Shown piece after piece: positions 1 through 15,000 of a DNA stretch of 64,000 bases; positions within the stretch are counted from its first letter, which is position 1, and each line of letters opens with the position of its first letter. This stretch comes from Fuerstiella sp. (GTDB lineage Bacteria > Planctomycetota > Planctomycetia > Planctomycetales > Planctomycetaceae): assembly GCA_022843805.1 (NCBI GenBank), contig JALHMY010000003.1, positions 5,351 to 69,350 of the forward strand, given 5' to 3'. A model generated the notes under the pieces. The model was not told the origin of the DNA, did not search any database, and worked only from the letters and a program-made list of their open reading frames with translations. Made by a program: the position numbers and the translations under genes.

Positions 1-3000
1 TCTTCACGGTAACCTCGGATCGTCGCATCGCTTGCGTAATTCGGATACACCGAGTTGATGTTGAAGCCGATTGCGAACGAATCGCCGGTGGTGATACTGG
101 CGTTCAGTGGTTGCTGAAGAGTGTACGTACCATCTGCAGGATCATATGCCGAAATCGTATTGACGAAAGTGGACACCGTTCCATCGCTGTTGACGTGGGA
201 GAAGGTGATCGACTTCCCAGCCAGATCGACCTGTTTTTCGTTAACAGTATGACCTGGTAAAGAGACGTTGAGCCGATAGAGCGTACCGGCAGGAATTCCG
301 ATCTCCTGTGCAGGATCACCGGGATCGCTCATATAAACGACGATTGTGTACGTATCTGCAGAATTAATTTCAAAGTATCGGAGCGGATCGTTTGCCGTCA
401 GTGAGCCGGAATCACCGTCCCCGCCCGCGTCCGTCAGTGTAATGTCGGCTCCTGCAGAGTTGAGCAGCCTGATCCGCAGGATCTCCGAACGACTGTTACC
501 GGACGTTGCATCGACAAATTGATCGATATCCAGCAATCCGGTCAGAGTTCCATCGCCTTCCGTCAGCGTGACAACAAAGCCATCCATGCCGTCCAGAACA
601 ATCTTGTGGTCATCCCCTGACTGTGGCGCCGTTGCACTCCAGTTCGGTGAAGAGTCTTCAGCCTTCTTCGTCAGTTCATTCACGATTTTGGCGAAACTGT
701 CATGGCGTTTCGCACGATAGTCGAAACTCTCTCCATTGACCGTCAGTACCCACATCTTGCCGACGGATGGCACACCATCCGCGTTGAATTCCAGCGTCAC
801 CGTGTCGTAGTGCGTACGGTTATCGCTGACCGTGGCAACTTCCATAGCAGCGCTTGTATGTGTGAGGGTCAAAGTCACAGGCTCTCGATCTGACCTTGAG
901 ATTGTCAGAGCGTCGTTCGCAACGCTGGCCGTGTATCCTTCTGCCTGCAGCAGAGTCTTCAGCCCATTAAGAATGGCCGTCAGATCATCTCCGGCCTGCA
1001 CCACGTAGCTTGCTGTGTCCGGAGTAGCGCCCGAATCGAGTGTCAGTGTCAGGGTGAATCGATCGCCTGTTACGAAACTGTCCAGAGCAGATACGCTCGT
1101 GGCCCAGTCTTCGTGCAGGACTCCGGTCGTCATCGCAACAGCATCAGACACCGGCATGACGACGGATTCAGATGCGACAATCGAATTGCTGTCCAGTCGC
1201 ACGACACTCAGTCTTGCGTTTCCGGTGCTGTATCGAGCATGGTAGACACTGCCGGAGTTGACAGATGCAGCAAGGCTGTTTCCGATTGTGCTGAGTGATG
1301 CTCCACCATTAACGACTGTATAGACTGAGTCCGACTGGCCGTTAAGACTCAGCGTCCACACTTCGTCTTTCACCACACTGCCCGTAAGATCCGCGTAGGT
1401 GACATGTCCGGACGAGGTTCCGGCCGTCGTGAGCAGTGCGTCTTCGCTAATCGCTGGCTGAATTACATACGTGATGTCCGGTCGCGACACGGACCCTACA
1501 AGGTCGACAGAAATCGCGTCGCCGTTCGCTGTTGCGGTATAGTCAGGCATCGCTTCAATCAGGTCTGCGATCGCCTGGGCTATCGTTTCTGTCGTGTCGC
1601 CTTCGACCGCAACATAGTCCGCCACCGTATTAGTGCCGTCGAGCGTAATCTTCCATGTCTCTCCCGCCGTGACGGTACCGCCGATTGTCAGCACTCTTAC
1701 TCCGGAACCACCGTTGGACACTGCAGCTGACCCTGTGACTGCAGCTGTGACTTCCGTTGCAACAACGGGCGCTGTCGCCCCTGTCTTACGGATGATCAGC
1801 AGGTTCGTGCCTTCATCGTAAGTCACGGTATAATCGAGTGTTGCGTTGATCTGATCTCGCAGTGAGTTTCCAACGGCATCCAGCGAGCTCAGCGAGGCAG
1901 TGAACGACTGATTGTCAACGGTTACAGCAAAAGTGTCCGACGAGCTGAAGGTATGGCCATTGTTGACTGAGAGTTCAACGTTCGTGGACGTCCACGTTCC
2001 CGAGGACAGAGTAATATTGCCGCTCGGCGATGCGGGAGCAACGCTGTAGCTGATCGTGAATCCGGTCGGAATCGAAATGGTCAGTGACGAAGTTGTGGAC
2101 GTGACACTAATACTGTCCGCCTGCAGTTTCTGCTTCAATTCCGTCACCATGTTTGAGACGGTTGTGCTGCCTGCAGCCGTGTAATCGGTGCCATTAATGC
2201 TCACTGTCACAACTTCACCGACGTGCGCTGCAGCCAGATTAACGGTTGCTGATGTCCATCGTGCTGTATCTCTGGTTGCGGCGTCGGGGTTGCCGCTAAT
2301 CAGGACACGTCCCGCAGGAGATGCTCCGGTTTGCTCAAACTGCACCGAAAATGAACCGCTGCTCCTGGCAATGGTCAGGATCGAATTACTACCGCCCACA
2401 GTATAACTTCCGCCGAGCCCATTGACTCCGGCCAGAAGTGTTCTTAACGCGGCCACGGTAGCAACTACATCGGATCCTGCCGGAACCGCGTAAGGCGTTC
2501 CGTTTACCAGAACTTTCCAGGAAGTGCTGTTTGCCACTGAGCCAGAGAAGCTCAGTGACGCGGAATGGAATAATGTCGAACCGCTGCCGGCCGTGACAGA
2601 TACAGATCCGGGGTTTGCATGATTAATGTACGGCGCCGCGAGAGTGAATCCTCTCGCATCCGCCAGTTCGATTCTGGTCGACGCGGGGTCGCCGTTCGTT
2701 ACCACACTGGCTGAAAAGTGTGCAGGTATCACAGCCGCAAGGCCGTCAGCCACGTCGCCAATCGTGGCGTCACCCGCCTGAACCGTGTAAGGGTAAGGCG
2801 TTCCGTTCAGAGTCACGATCCACTGATCCCCGGCGGAGACCGGACCAGCCATGGTCAGTGACGCACTCAGATAGAACGTACCATCGTTGACGTCCGCATC
2901 AGTAAACTCCGCTCCGCTTCGAATCAAATCTGTTGCAGAGATCGTGAATTTGTAGCGGTCAACCGATCCGTTTCCGAAGCCCTGGATCGTTGTATATGCA

Positions 3001-6000
3001 ACTCCGGAGTTGATGTCTCCGGCACCGATGTCGGGATTCTGAAGGGTATACCAGCCCGACGCCGCATCAATGTTCTGGCCGACAGTCGTTGCGCTTTCCT
3101 GTTCAAGCACTGGCTGCGGCGAAAAGATGAATGCATCCCGCACATGTCCCTGGAGCGATACGTGAAGATCGTATGTGGCCCCGATCGGAATTCCGAAGAA
3201 TTCACGGTCCGAAATGCGTATGACATAGGTTCCAGGCTCAGTAATTAATGCCGCCAGTGATGCATCGGAGTCATTGTCCAGCCCGGTTGACGGATCCTGC
3301 AGTTCAATCACACCCGAAGCTCTGGTGCTGTTGTTGAGATTCCAGCCCCACCACGGATAGACGGGCCGGGCAGCGGCAAATCCACCGCCCGATTGTCTTT
3401 CAATGGAAATCGCTCCCAGCCAGTACACATTGCCACTGGTCTGGTCGATGTCCAGAAGGACTTTTAAACCACCGTCCGGAACAGTATTGACTGTGAACCG
3501 GAAAAAGTCAGATCGACCCTCGCCCGTTGCCTGGACAGTAATGTGGGGAATGGTGGTCGACTGAGAGATGCTCGGATTGCTGTAGTCGCTCCATTTGCCC
3601 AGGTCCAGATCCTGAGCGTTTCCAACATAGTCATTGTCAGCAATCTCCGACAACACGGACCCGCCTGAGGCTCCTGCACCAAAGCTTCCCTTTACGGACG
3701 TAGAGTTGTTGATTTCCAGAACCTGGCCGCCACCCACCGGTACAGTGGTTGTAACTTCCGTGACGTCGGTGCTGCCTTTCGACTGAGTGATCAGGATACC
3801 GGCGGTGTCATTGTCGATTATTGTGACGTCTACAGAATTTGCCCTGACGTTCAGATAATTCCCGGTGCCCTGAACAGCATTGATGATTCTGGCAAAGTGT
3901 TTCCCTTCCTTCACAGTATCGTTTGTTGCGGTGATCGTGACCAGCTGCGGAATTTTCCAGTCGTCCGGAGTAAACGTCAGAACTCCTGTTCCACCAATCT
4001 GCACCTGACTGTCAGAACTGACGGTCACGGTAACATTGTTGTCTGGCCGTGCATTCAATACCACGGAATATGTGTCCGTTGTTCCGCCTTCAACAACCTG
4101 AGTCGAGTCTCCTGATTTGGCGATCAGTACCCCAGGCCGATCATTATCGACAACCTCAACAACCATTCGGCGAATCTTCAGATTGTCGTACTCGCCACCG
4201 TCGCCGGCGAACAGACCTTCAATGGCTGTATGTCGAATCTCAAGGAATTCAGTGCCTTCCGCAACGGTGTCGTTAAACGCGGTCACGCTGACCGTCTGTG
4301 GAATAAACCAGTTTGTCTGATCGAAAATCAGAATCGTGCCGTTCTCTTCACCATTGACAGCAATCCCGTCAGCCAGCTGACCATTTCCCTTGCGGGTCGG
4401 CGTGACACTGACACGAACAGGTTCTGCCGGTGATCTAGTCAGTACCAGGGCATAGCTGGCCAGTGCCAGACTCTGCAGCGATGCGGAAATATCCTCAAAG
4501 ACTCTGAGGTTCAGATTTCCTGACAGGAGCTGCACACCAGCTTCTTCGTTGTCCATTACATTGACGGAGACATCCACTGGCGCGACGTTGTTATAAATCG
4601 GCACATGCTGGCCGTCACCGGTGGTGGTCACGACATGACGGATGATCCCGCTGTGTCCTCTCAGGTCATTGCTGACCACGCTGATCGCAGTCTCTTCACC
4701 CTGCGCGTTTTTATATCCTCCACCTACGTTAAACGTATCGCTGCCCTGTCCGCCGACAAGGCTTAGAACAACGTCATCACGTGTGCCAGCAATGTAGAAC
4801 GTGTCATTTCCTGCGAGTGCGTCCAGAACCAGCTTCTCGATTCCCTCGTACGAAATCGCCAGCCCTCCGCCGTAGATTCCATCTTCCGTAACGACAAAGT
4901 CCTCACCAAATTCCGTGCCCACCACAGTCAGAGTATCCAGCCCATCACCGCCCTGAATATTCACAGGCGCATTGACTGTATAGGAGATGAAGTCGGCACC
5001 CTGCCCTCCGTTAATGTTTGTGATCGGGGCATCGGGATCATCCGGATTGACACGCACGAATGCACGTACAAGGAAATTGTCGTTGTCCGCGTCACCGTAC
5101 AGGGACAATTCCGCAATATTGCGGTAAACCGTAAAGCTGTCGTCACCATCGCCGCCCCAAAGGCTGGCCGGAGCACTAATCCCGTTGCTCAGTGATCCGA
5201 GAGTCGTCGGGATCGTCGGAAAACGGTCAGCTTCAGCAATATTCGCCAGTTCGTCCCGCTCTGACTTGAAAATCTGCCCAATCTGGAACTTGTCATTGCC
5301 ACGACCACCAAAAATGTCCAGCGGAACACTGGTGTCATCAAGTACGAAGATGTCGTCACCTTCGTTACCCTTCACAACGATCGATTCCAGGTCGGCTGTA
5401 TACGCCAGTCGAATTGCACCACCGTTGTGGACAAAGTTGCCATACTGATCAATCTCCACGGCGGAAATGGAAACCGGACGGAACAGAAACAGATCGGCAA
5501 AGCGGCTTCCGTCCACTGTCAGCGCATCACTGTCCGTGCCACCGGCCACCAGCTCCACAATATTGATTGCCGCGTTACCTGTCCCCGTCATTCCCACGAA
5601 GTATTTATCAGAACCTTCTTCACCATGAAGGCTAAGGACTCCGGAGATTTCATTGGTTCCCGTCAGCTTTTTGCTGCTGTCGTGGTTAACGAAAATGTTA
5701 TCGTCGCCTGTGCCCGCGTTAATCGTGGTCGAACCGGCGGATCGGCGGACGATGATGTCATCGACACCGTCTCCGGCATTTACAGTCAGAGTCTCCTCGA
5801 CCGTTGACGTCAGCATAATCTGATCGGCACCATTTCCGGTATTCAGCGTCAGATGATCGAGGTATCTGGTTGGGCTGACCGTCACACTGTCGACAACAGC
5901 AGGTGTCGCATTCGCATTGATGTTCAGTACACCGGTTTCGAAGCCTGAGAACCACAGCCCATACTGATTCAGTCCGGAAACGACATCGTATCGCACGGAA

Positions 6001-9000
6001 TAGGCGGACGCTTCATCGCGGCTGGCCACATAAGCAGCGGGAACCACGACCTGCAGGTCTTCGACCCGGGTGATCGTCACTGTTTTAGGAACATACAGTC
6101 CGGCATCGTCCTGAATCTGCTCAATGTCCGCAGTGTGCGTATTGCCGTTCTTTTTCAGCGTAAGTCCATCAGCGACAGGCATCCGAATATCAGTACGCAG
6201 CTGCTGTTTAAATGCTGTTTCAATCAGACTTGTGACCGTGGCATCCGTGAAAGTCGCTGCAAGGAATGCACTATGCTGGCCCGATGTCAGCAACTGAAGT
6301 GAATACAGCGCATTCACATAAGCCGACCAGTTAGCAGCTGTCAGGTATACGCGATCCTGTTCAATCGCCTCAGCAGGTCCCAATACACTGCGAGCATCCA
6401 CAGCCACCATCGGCGAAATCGACTGATCCCTGTCATTCAGGCGACGCACCGCGACCGCTTCAAGCTTCTGGTTGCCGAGACTGTCCAGTCCGTAGAACGA
6501 CCAGGTGTAATACGATCGCTGGTAATTATCCATCGCCGCCACATAGGCACGCTCCATCCGAATCGGATCATATCCGTACTGTTGCCCGCTGATAGTTCCG
6601 TGAATCATATTTCCAGGGGCCGTGTTTCCCTTGTCACCATCGCGGAAGATCACCCACGAGATTTCGCGAAGAGTCCGAGTTTCGCCGCTGGTGTCGTTAT
6701 CCGGGAACATTCGGTTCAGATCGTCCGCGTCATCCCATGGGTCGAATCGTGACGCATAGGGAGTACCGCTGGAACGGTTGAACCAGTCTTTTCCATCTGT
6801 GTACTCTTCTTCCTCCCAGACCTTCTGATTGAACTTGTAGGTTGTTATACGCGAGGCAACCTGTGGCGTTGTCTGCTCATAAACCCTCAATCCGGGGTCG
6901 GCCGTCCATGTGAATCCCTGTGCAGTTCGCAAATCGCTGCTGACACTCGCAAGCGTGAGGAAGTCACGCAGCTGTTTCAGACTGGATTCCACGCTGATGG
7001 CTGAAACACTGCCATCCCCGGTCAGCTCTCTCAATGCAGTGGAGTTCAGCAATGCATCGAGCGCATCCACGGAGAACGACGCAGTGCTCTGTCCGTTCGA
7101 CAGTCCCGCCAGAATTTTTCCTCGAAGTACGAAGGCCTGCAGGTCCGTTTTCAGCCGCTGCTGCACAGCAGTCGACAGTCCGGTCAGGCCAGTTACAGCA
7201 GAATCCAGAGCGTTCAGCGAGGTCGTGATGCTGTAAGTGTTGGTGACGGTGTCCACGGAAACCGACACGGTGGCACTGTTCACCGTATTGTTGACGAGCT
7301 TCTTCAGAACGCCAATCTGTGTTTCCTTGTCTGCTCGTTCCAGAGCACCCTGCACATCGTCGTGAGAAATGCGGGGATCCAGCGTCAGTGCACTCAGATT
7401 GTAAGTGTAATCAGCCAGATCAAGCACCGTTTCACCCAGCGACATCGTAATGCCGTCGCTGTCGGCCGCATTGATTGTGAAGGTATCCCCAAAGGTTTGC
7501 CCCTGGACCGTCTCCTGCGGACCGCCGGCAATTCTGACGACACCGGCAATTCTGCTAATGTCAAAGCTGGCTGGCATGATCTTTGTTGCCTCACGCACAG
7601 GCAGCTGATCGAATCGATACGAAGCGGATCCGGAAACCGTTTCCGTGTCGAAGTTCTGCTCCACATTGATGATATTGTCCGGCGCAGGAGCGGCGATATC
7701 ATAAAAGAGTGTGATCAGGTCCCAGAACATACGCTGGCCCTGACCGGAGGAACTCCAGGTGTCGGTCCAGACATCCTTTTCCCCGGAAATGTGCGGCATC
7801 CATCCGCCCGCCGGAATCTGATGAGTATAAAGATCGCCCAGGTAAAGGTCGGGTTCCCAGCCCCAGTTCGCAATTCGAGCACTGCCGAGGCCTGTCCCCT
7901 GTCGCACCTGATCCGCCCGGATCATGTCGCCATAGATCGTGTAGGCAACCGCCGGGCGCAAATATTCATTCAGCAGAATCTGGTCAAGTGACCTTCCGTT
8001 GGCGGAGAACCGATTGCTGGCACTCACAACGCCGGTGAGTGTTTCGAAATCGAGCACTGCCGGCATCTGAGGCGCATAACTGTTCAGAAGTGCTGGATAA
8101 AGATAACTCGAATACACCGTCCTTCTGCCAAGATTCAGGAATCCATAACGGTACGAGTACGAGCTGACTGTCTGCATCCACCACCGACCACCATTGGTGT
8201 TCTGCAGCTGCTGTTCAAACGCATTGACGTTCGACAGCAGATCCTCGCGTTCTTCCCGATAGGCCGCCCAGCCGCGTGTCAAAAGAGTCCAGATGTTGCT
8301 GAGCGGTACAATATTCGACGAAGATGCCGCCAGTTCAATGGCCTGAGCATACAGCTTCAGGGCGACCGCAAGGTTTGCTTCCAGCAGGTTCCAGTGTTCT
8401 CTGGAAATCGTTACGTTACTCAGATCACGATCACTGATGTCGGATTTCACCCACTTCTTATAAAAGTCTCTCCACGCCTGCTGTTTTTCCACAGTCGTCA
8501 TTGAGAGCCGATTGAACGACAGATTGTTGTAGTTGATCGTCTGATTTTTAAACCGCTCCTTCACCACGTTCTGCTCGACCGTGTAGACAGCACTCGACTT
8601 CGGATAAGTCACAGTGAAAGTCTTTTCCTCCCCGCCGATGATGACCTGATCGTTTCCTGTTCCGGTGTTGATCAGCAGGCTCAGAGATGACTTCAGACCG
8701 TACAGATAGACGATGTCGTCACCGGAGCCGGTGACGAGCGCCAGTCGTTCAATACCGTCAATGTTCTCCAGCTTCAGTCCGGCGCCATACAGGTATTGCC
8801 GATTGTCGGCGTCTGTGAAGATGTAGAAAGTATCAGCCAGTGCGGTTCCTGCAACAACCACTGTGTCAAAGCCGCTGCCCCCATAAATGGCGACTCGGTT
8901 GTTCTCCAGATAGTTAATCAGAATATTGGATTCGTCTGCCTCAATATTATTATTAACATCGCCTGCCCCGGCAGTAATCTCGGCTCCCCCAAGTGAACTC

Positions 9001-12000
9001 GATGTTGGATTGTTATCCGGTCCCTGAGCCAGCAGCTGTGCTTTCAGAAAGAACATGTCGTCGCCAGCTTCACCGAACAGTTCCAGCACGCCCACGTTAT
9101 GATTGACTTCAAAGTAGTCGTCACCACGACCGCCAAGGAAGACGGCGTTGTAACTCACTCCAGGCGTGACACCGTCTTCACCGTCAATAGCTTCCACTGA
9201 CTGCTGATTGACAGTCACAGTCCTTGTTTTGATGACTCGGCCAATGACAAAATTGTCGTCGCCCTGATCACCTGAAACAACGATCGCGGCCATGGTGTCG
9301 TCCACGATGAACGTATCGGCGCCCTGACCACCACGGATATCCACCAGTTCTGCTGTGCGGTCGTAGAAGACTCGCTGATAGGTCAGCGGATTCGTTACCG
9401 TTCCCGACTGTCTTGTCGTGGCGGCAGCATCGGCAATATCCATTGGCCGTGTGATGACCGACGTATTCTGAGTGCCAATTGGCAGGTAGTTACCTTTGGT
9501 GTCCTTGTCCGCAACAATCAAAGTAACACGGAAAGGATCACGATTCGTGCCAGCGCCTGTGACAGTCGCCGAGGTGATCGTCGACAACGCCTCAAGCGCA
9601 GCCTCAATCTGTGATGCCGTCGAATTGTGATTCAGCTGTGTTGTCTGCTGCCCATTGTAGACCAGCTGGTAACTTCCGGTTTTCCCGGTCAATACGTTAA
9701 ATATCTGAGTCTCGTAGCCGGGACGCTCAAACATCGCGTCAATATCAGGTTTTCCGTCCAGCAGCCCGGGAACACCCTGCGGAAGTCGAGTGACCGTGGC
9801 CCGGCTGACCCGGGCTTCATAGCTTTGGCTGGTCGTGCCGATTCGGAACAGCTTTCCTTCCGCATTCGCCGCGTTCGGATTGGTGTGTTCCAGCTCGATT
9901 TTCCACAACATCCCCTGACCGCTTCCTGATCGTGTTACGACAACGCTGCTGAACAATGGGACACTGTTCGCTGTCAGCGCAAGAAGCGCGTTACGCACAT
10001 CCGACTCTGATGCGTTCTCGGCAAGACTGGAAGTCGTGAATCCGTGATACGTCAGCGCGAAGTTGCCGGAACCTTTGCGCTCAATTTCCTGGTGAGACGT
10101 ATCGGCATCCAGATGCAGAGTGTCGTCATCCTCTCCGCCGGTGATCTGAACACTGTCAGAATCCGTGCTTCCGGTGCCCGTATCCGTGACATAGACAGCA
10201 GACTGCAGATTGACTGTGCCCGTTAGTGTGAGCACATAGTTGTCACTGCCTTCGGTTCCGTCCAGCCAGGCATTCTTCGTGAATGCCGTTACGGCGAAGT
10301 TATTGATTCCGGCTCCGCCAAAGATCTCAAACTTCTCAAAAACTCCAATCCCTTTGGTGAGCGGATGATCCGGGTCAGAAGTTTCCACCTCACTTACGGG
10401 GTTCATAAGCGACGGATCGATCAGATCGCGTTCCAGACCAGTTACCACAAACTCCAGGTCTGAAATGCGGAAGTTCAGATTGCGAACTTCCTGCAGAGTA
10501 TCTGTCCCCGAGATATCAAGAAACGCGTCAACTCCGGCGCCTCCGGTGACAATGTCATTCCCGGCCCCGGAATCGATGATGTCAGCACGACTTGTGCCAA
10601 CGATGCGGTCGTTTCCGGTACCGCCGAGCAGCTGCAGTTTGTCAACGGCATGGGCTGAAACGATATCCTGAAGCACCACATTCAGATCAGGATCTGCTTC
10701 AAGTTTCGGAAGGAAGCCTGCTACCAGGCGGTCATCGCCCCCACTTCCGTCCACTGAAATCTCATCGTGATCAACCTGATTCGCGGGGTCGTCCAGATCC
10801 AGACCCCGGATTTTAATGACGACTTTTCGAGTGTTATTGAGCGTGCCATCAGAATTCAGGCGGCGGTGACTGATCTGCAGCGTATCTGTTTTCGTCTCAG
10901 TTACCGGGTTCTGTTCGCTGTCGAGTTGTCCGGTGAGAAGGACTTCGTGGCCGATCAGGAAGTAATCACGCAGTGCTGAACCGCTGATACTAACCTGATC
11001 CACGTCCTGGTCTGTCACCCAGGACGGATCTGTAAAGAAGTCCGTCTTCCCGGTTTGTTCCAGTATTCCGTCGCCATTGAGGTCGGCCCATACCGGACGC
11101 TCAACAAGTCGCGGACCTTCCTGTTCAATCGTCATGTGCGGAGAAATGTACTTGTCGTCTGACGCACCCGATTCGCTGCTTCCAAAAATCGCCAGTTCGA
11201 CCGGAATCACCTGCCCCTGAGCGTCCAGACCACCACCTCGAGTCATTTGCTCCCAGACACCGAGTTCGCTCCTCTTCTCAAGCGACGACATGGTCTCGAT
11301 CGGATTGTTTGCCAGCGAATGGAAGTCACCATAGTCAATCGTCACGATCAGCGGATTCGACGGATCATATCCCTCAATCGTGATCTGATATCCCAGTGTC
11401 GCAAGTTGTGAATCGTCAATCCGGACCCGAGTACCGGGATTCAGCTGATTAAGCAGTGTCTGCAAACTTGCCAGTGTTTGCGGATCGCCGAGCGGGAGTG
11501 CTCCGGGCTGGAATCCCCGCGAGTTGCCATTGAAGAAGAATCGTACAAATTCAAGATCTGCAGCAATGCTGATACGTCCCAGTGTCACTGTTGAAACGTC
11601 GAGAGGCGAAATCAACTCGCCGCTGACGAACTCAAGCGAGTGCAGGTTTCCGGAATCCGGGATGCTCACGACGAAATTTCCGGAAGAGTACACGACGCTG
11701 GCACCTGACAATCCTGTTAACGTTCGGAGCCGGGTCTGCAGAAGTGCTGCCTGTCCGGAAGTGCTGACCGAATCGATGTCGGTGGACCGTAATGCCACGG
11801 TCTGGCCGTTGTACCTGAATGCACTGCCTTCAACGATCTGGCGTCCCGGGACCGCCTGGGAAGTTAACGTGCCGTCCATAAAGGCATCGTCGAAATCATC
11901 TCCACTGATGATCTTTAGTTCGGCCGTCGCAGCGTCTTCAAAGTAGATGAAGAAGTAATCAGAATCGTAACCCACTTCTGCATCGGCCAGCCCGTTCAGT

Positions 12001-15000
12001 GTTCGGATTTTCGACTGCAGCAATGCAGCCTGCTGGGCTCTGGTGCCGACAGTAATATCTGCAGATGTCAGAATAACAGACTGGTCACTAAAGAACAGCT
12101 GCGTGCCGGTTACAACATCTGCTGTTGCGATCTGAATGCCTGGGGTAACGGCGACATCCGGCGTAACATCTCCATAACTGCCGAAATCGTATTCAACGGT
12201 GACTGGAGTGTCAGAGTTGTAACCTGAGAATCGGATGTTCCAGGGACTTCCCTCAACTCCCGTGCCCAGCACAGAAACCGTGCCATTATTCAAACTATTG
12301 AGATCCGTCACCAGAGCGTTTCGGATGGCAGTCGCGTCTCCGGCAAGAGAGATGACTTTTGTCGTCTGTCCCTTGCGGAATGTGACTGCGCTGAGGCGCA
12401 GCGGCAGTACCGTTGATCCGGTGGTGACGATGGTCGGACCAGCCTGTTCGCGTCCGGAACCATCGGTCCGCACATAAATAACCGGGGCAGGCACCGGGAA
12501 TGAGACGATGTAATGACCTGTGCCTGCGGATTCACCTTCAGCCCATGACACGGTTACAAGATTCAGCAGCTGGATGGTGCGCAGCTTCGTCTGGAGAATA
12601 CCGGCCTGCGCCTCTGGCGTGCCTGCGATGTCAGCTGCCGCCAGAGTGATTGACTGTCCCGAATAAGTCAGAACAGTTCCGTCAGTAATGACGACTTCCG
12701 GAATTGCCTGGAGATCCGTTCCCAGAAACTCGTTTGGTACGGCATTCTCTGTGCTACCGCCTGTGACGAGGTATTGAACGGGCTGCGACGCAGGCACTGT
12801 TACGCCAAAATATCCGCCATCAGCGGCATTCCAGGTCACCACGATATTTCGAAACGAATCGCTCAGTGCCCGGAATTTCGTCTGCAGAGTTGCAGCCTGA
12901 ACACTGGTGTCCGCCGAAATATCTGCCGGCGCCAGAGTAAAGCTCAATGTGTCATCAACAAACTGAGTTCCAGCGACTACAGCAGCGCCAGGGATTCGCT
13001 GCGTTGCTGTTGAATAATTCTCTGAGACCTGAAGCGGGACCTTCATTGCCTGAACTGCGACAACAGATTCCAGGACAAAATAGTTTCCATACTGATCCGT
13101 GTCCGCATCCAGAAAGACGATATTCCAGGGATCCTGAATGGCCGTCTGCAGGAGTGACGCTTCAATGAATGTGGAATTATCCTCATAAAGCATTCGCTGC
13201 GGATTCTCTGTCGGGAAGCTGACTTCGAATTCGTTCGACTCTTCGAGCCATGCGACCGTTACGTTCGTCAGGTCTCCGCCACCTGCTCTGAGTGCCGCCT
13301 GCAGATTTGTTGCCTGTACAGTCGGATCGTCGCTGATATCCGTCGCTGACAGAGTTACTGTCACGCTGGCGTATTTCAGAACCCGTTCACTCGTGATGAT
13401 TTCGGCCGACAGCAGCTGTTTCTGCGGATTCGGAATATTCAGGATTCGGCCACTTCCCGTGACCCAGACATCTCGAATGCTGTCCATAGATTCGAGCGCA
13501 GCTTCGACTTCGGCTGCGGTCATACCTGCCAGCAGATCGACGGTGTCGCTGCCATAGCGGACAGTCAGGTAACTTTGCCACTCCGCCGGAAGAATTGACT
13601 GAGTTGCAGGCGAAGCAGTTCGCGACGTCCTTTGAAACGAGAATGGAAGATTCTGCGAGTCCATTCCCTGGCTGGTCTGAATGACGCTCGACTGACTGAA
13701 CGTTTCGCTGCGGATTCGCAGGAACGCTCCTTCAGCGTCCGTTTCGGCCACGACCAGATGAATCAACCATGGACTTTGGGCTGTGCCCAGCCCGGTGACA
13801 TCCACTCTCTGAATCCCGGACAGAGATTCCAGCGCTGTTCTGACGTCAGCAGCGGTGATCGTGGATGTGCTGATATCCACTCCACTGTTGCCGTAGAATA
13901 CTGTGATGGCGGAATTTTCAGCGCGTACAAGCGTCTGCACTGAATTTTCCGGACTCTGGCTTACAGTGTTCACCGGTTGCGGAGAATTAACAGTCTCCTC
14001 AACCATATACAGCATTTGCTCAAATTCCTGCCCTGGCTGAATCGACGTAAATGTGGCCGTCCAGTTGCCCGCAGTGCCGGTTACGCTGACGGTCGCACCT
14101 TCAAGATTTCCTTCCAGAACATTAAAGGCCGTATTTACCTGGTCGAGCGTCATGACCGTTGTCAGAGGCAGACGGATACGTCCATACGATACAACGCCCC
14201 CTGATGCTCCATCAAAATTGATAGTCTGAATCGAATTCTGCTCATTAACGGACCCCGCAATAAATGGGAGCGACATCTGATGGGTCGGCATAGCGGAGAT
14301 CGAATAGTAAGCATCGTCTGAATCTCTCGCCGCGTCGGTCAGCACGATGACCCATGGTGCGGTCGACTCTGACCCCGATTCCACGGAAGCTGCTGTCACG
14401 TTCGAGAGCGCCTCCAGCGCCGCTTCAACGGCGGCCGGACCGTCCTGCAGATCAATCACAGACGTTGTCTGACCATCGTATGTCAGAGTAATTCGCGATG
14501 CACCGGCCGGGAGCGACAGCAGCTGCCTGCTGTTGACTGTCGCGTCCAGTGTCTGAGAAACTGCAGTCGTGCGCGTGGCCTTCTCCGAACTGTCCAGGAC
14601 TCCACCACCGGAGACCAGTTCCAGAGCGTAATATTGCCCATTCAGTTTCTCTGCATCAGAGAAATTGAATGCCCATGGATCCGAAAGTGTTCCCGTGCCG
14701 CTCACCGCGACAGAGTCAACCCCCGCGAGCAGCTGCTCCATCCGCGCCTTCAGAGTCGTCGCCGTATCGGTGGACTTAACCACAATACCTTCGTTGCCGT
14801 ACCACAGAATCGCGTCTTTTGTTTCGCTGATATCCCATGAATTCAGGTAGACAAACTGAACCTGACGGCCTTCAATCATCGTCGCGGCCGTTGCCTTCTC
14901 AATCAGCACCGGCGCGTCAGCAGTCGCCGGATTTCCATCGTCCTGATAAAGGTAAACGCCGTTGACATCGGAAAGGCGGTAGAATCGCTGAGCAACCCGT

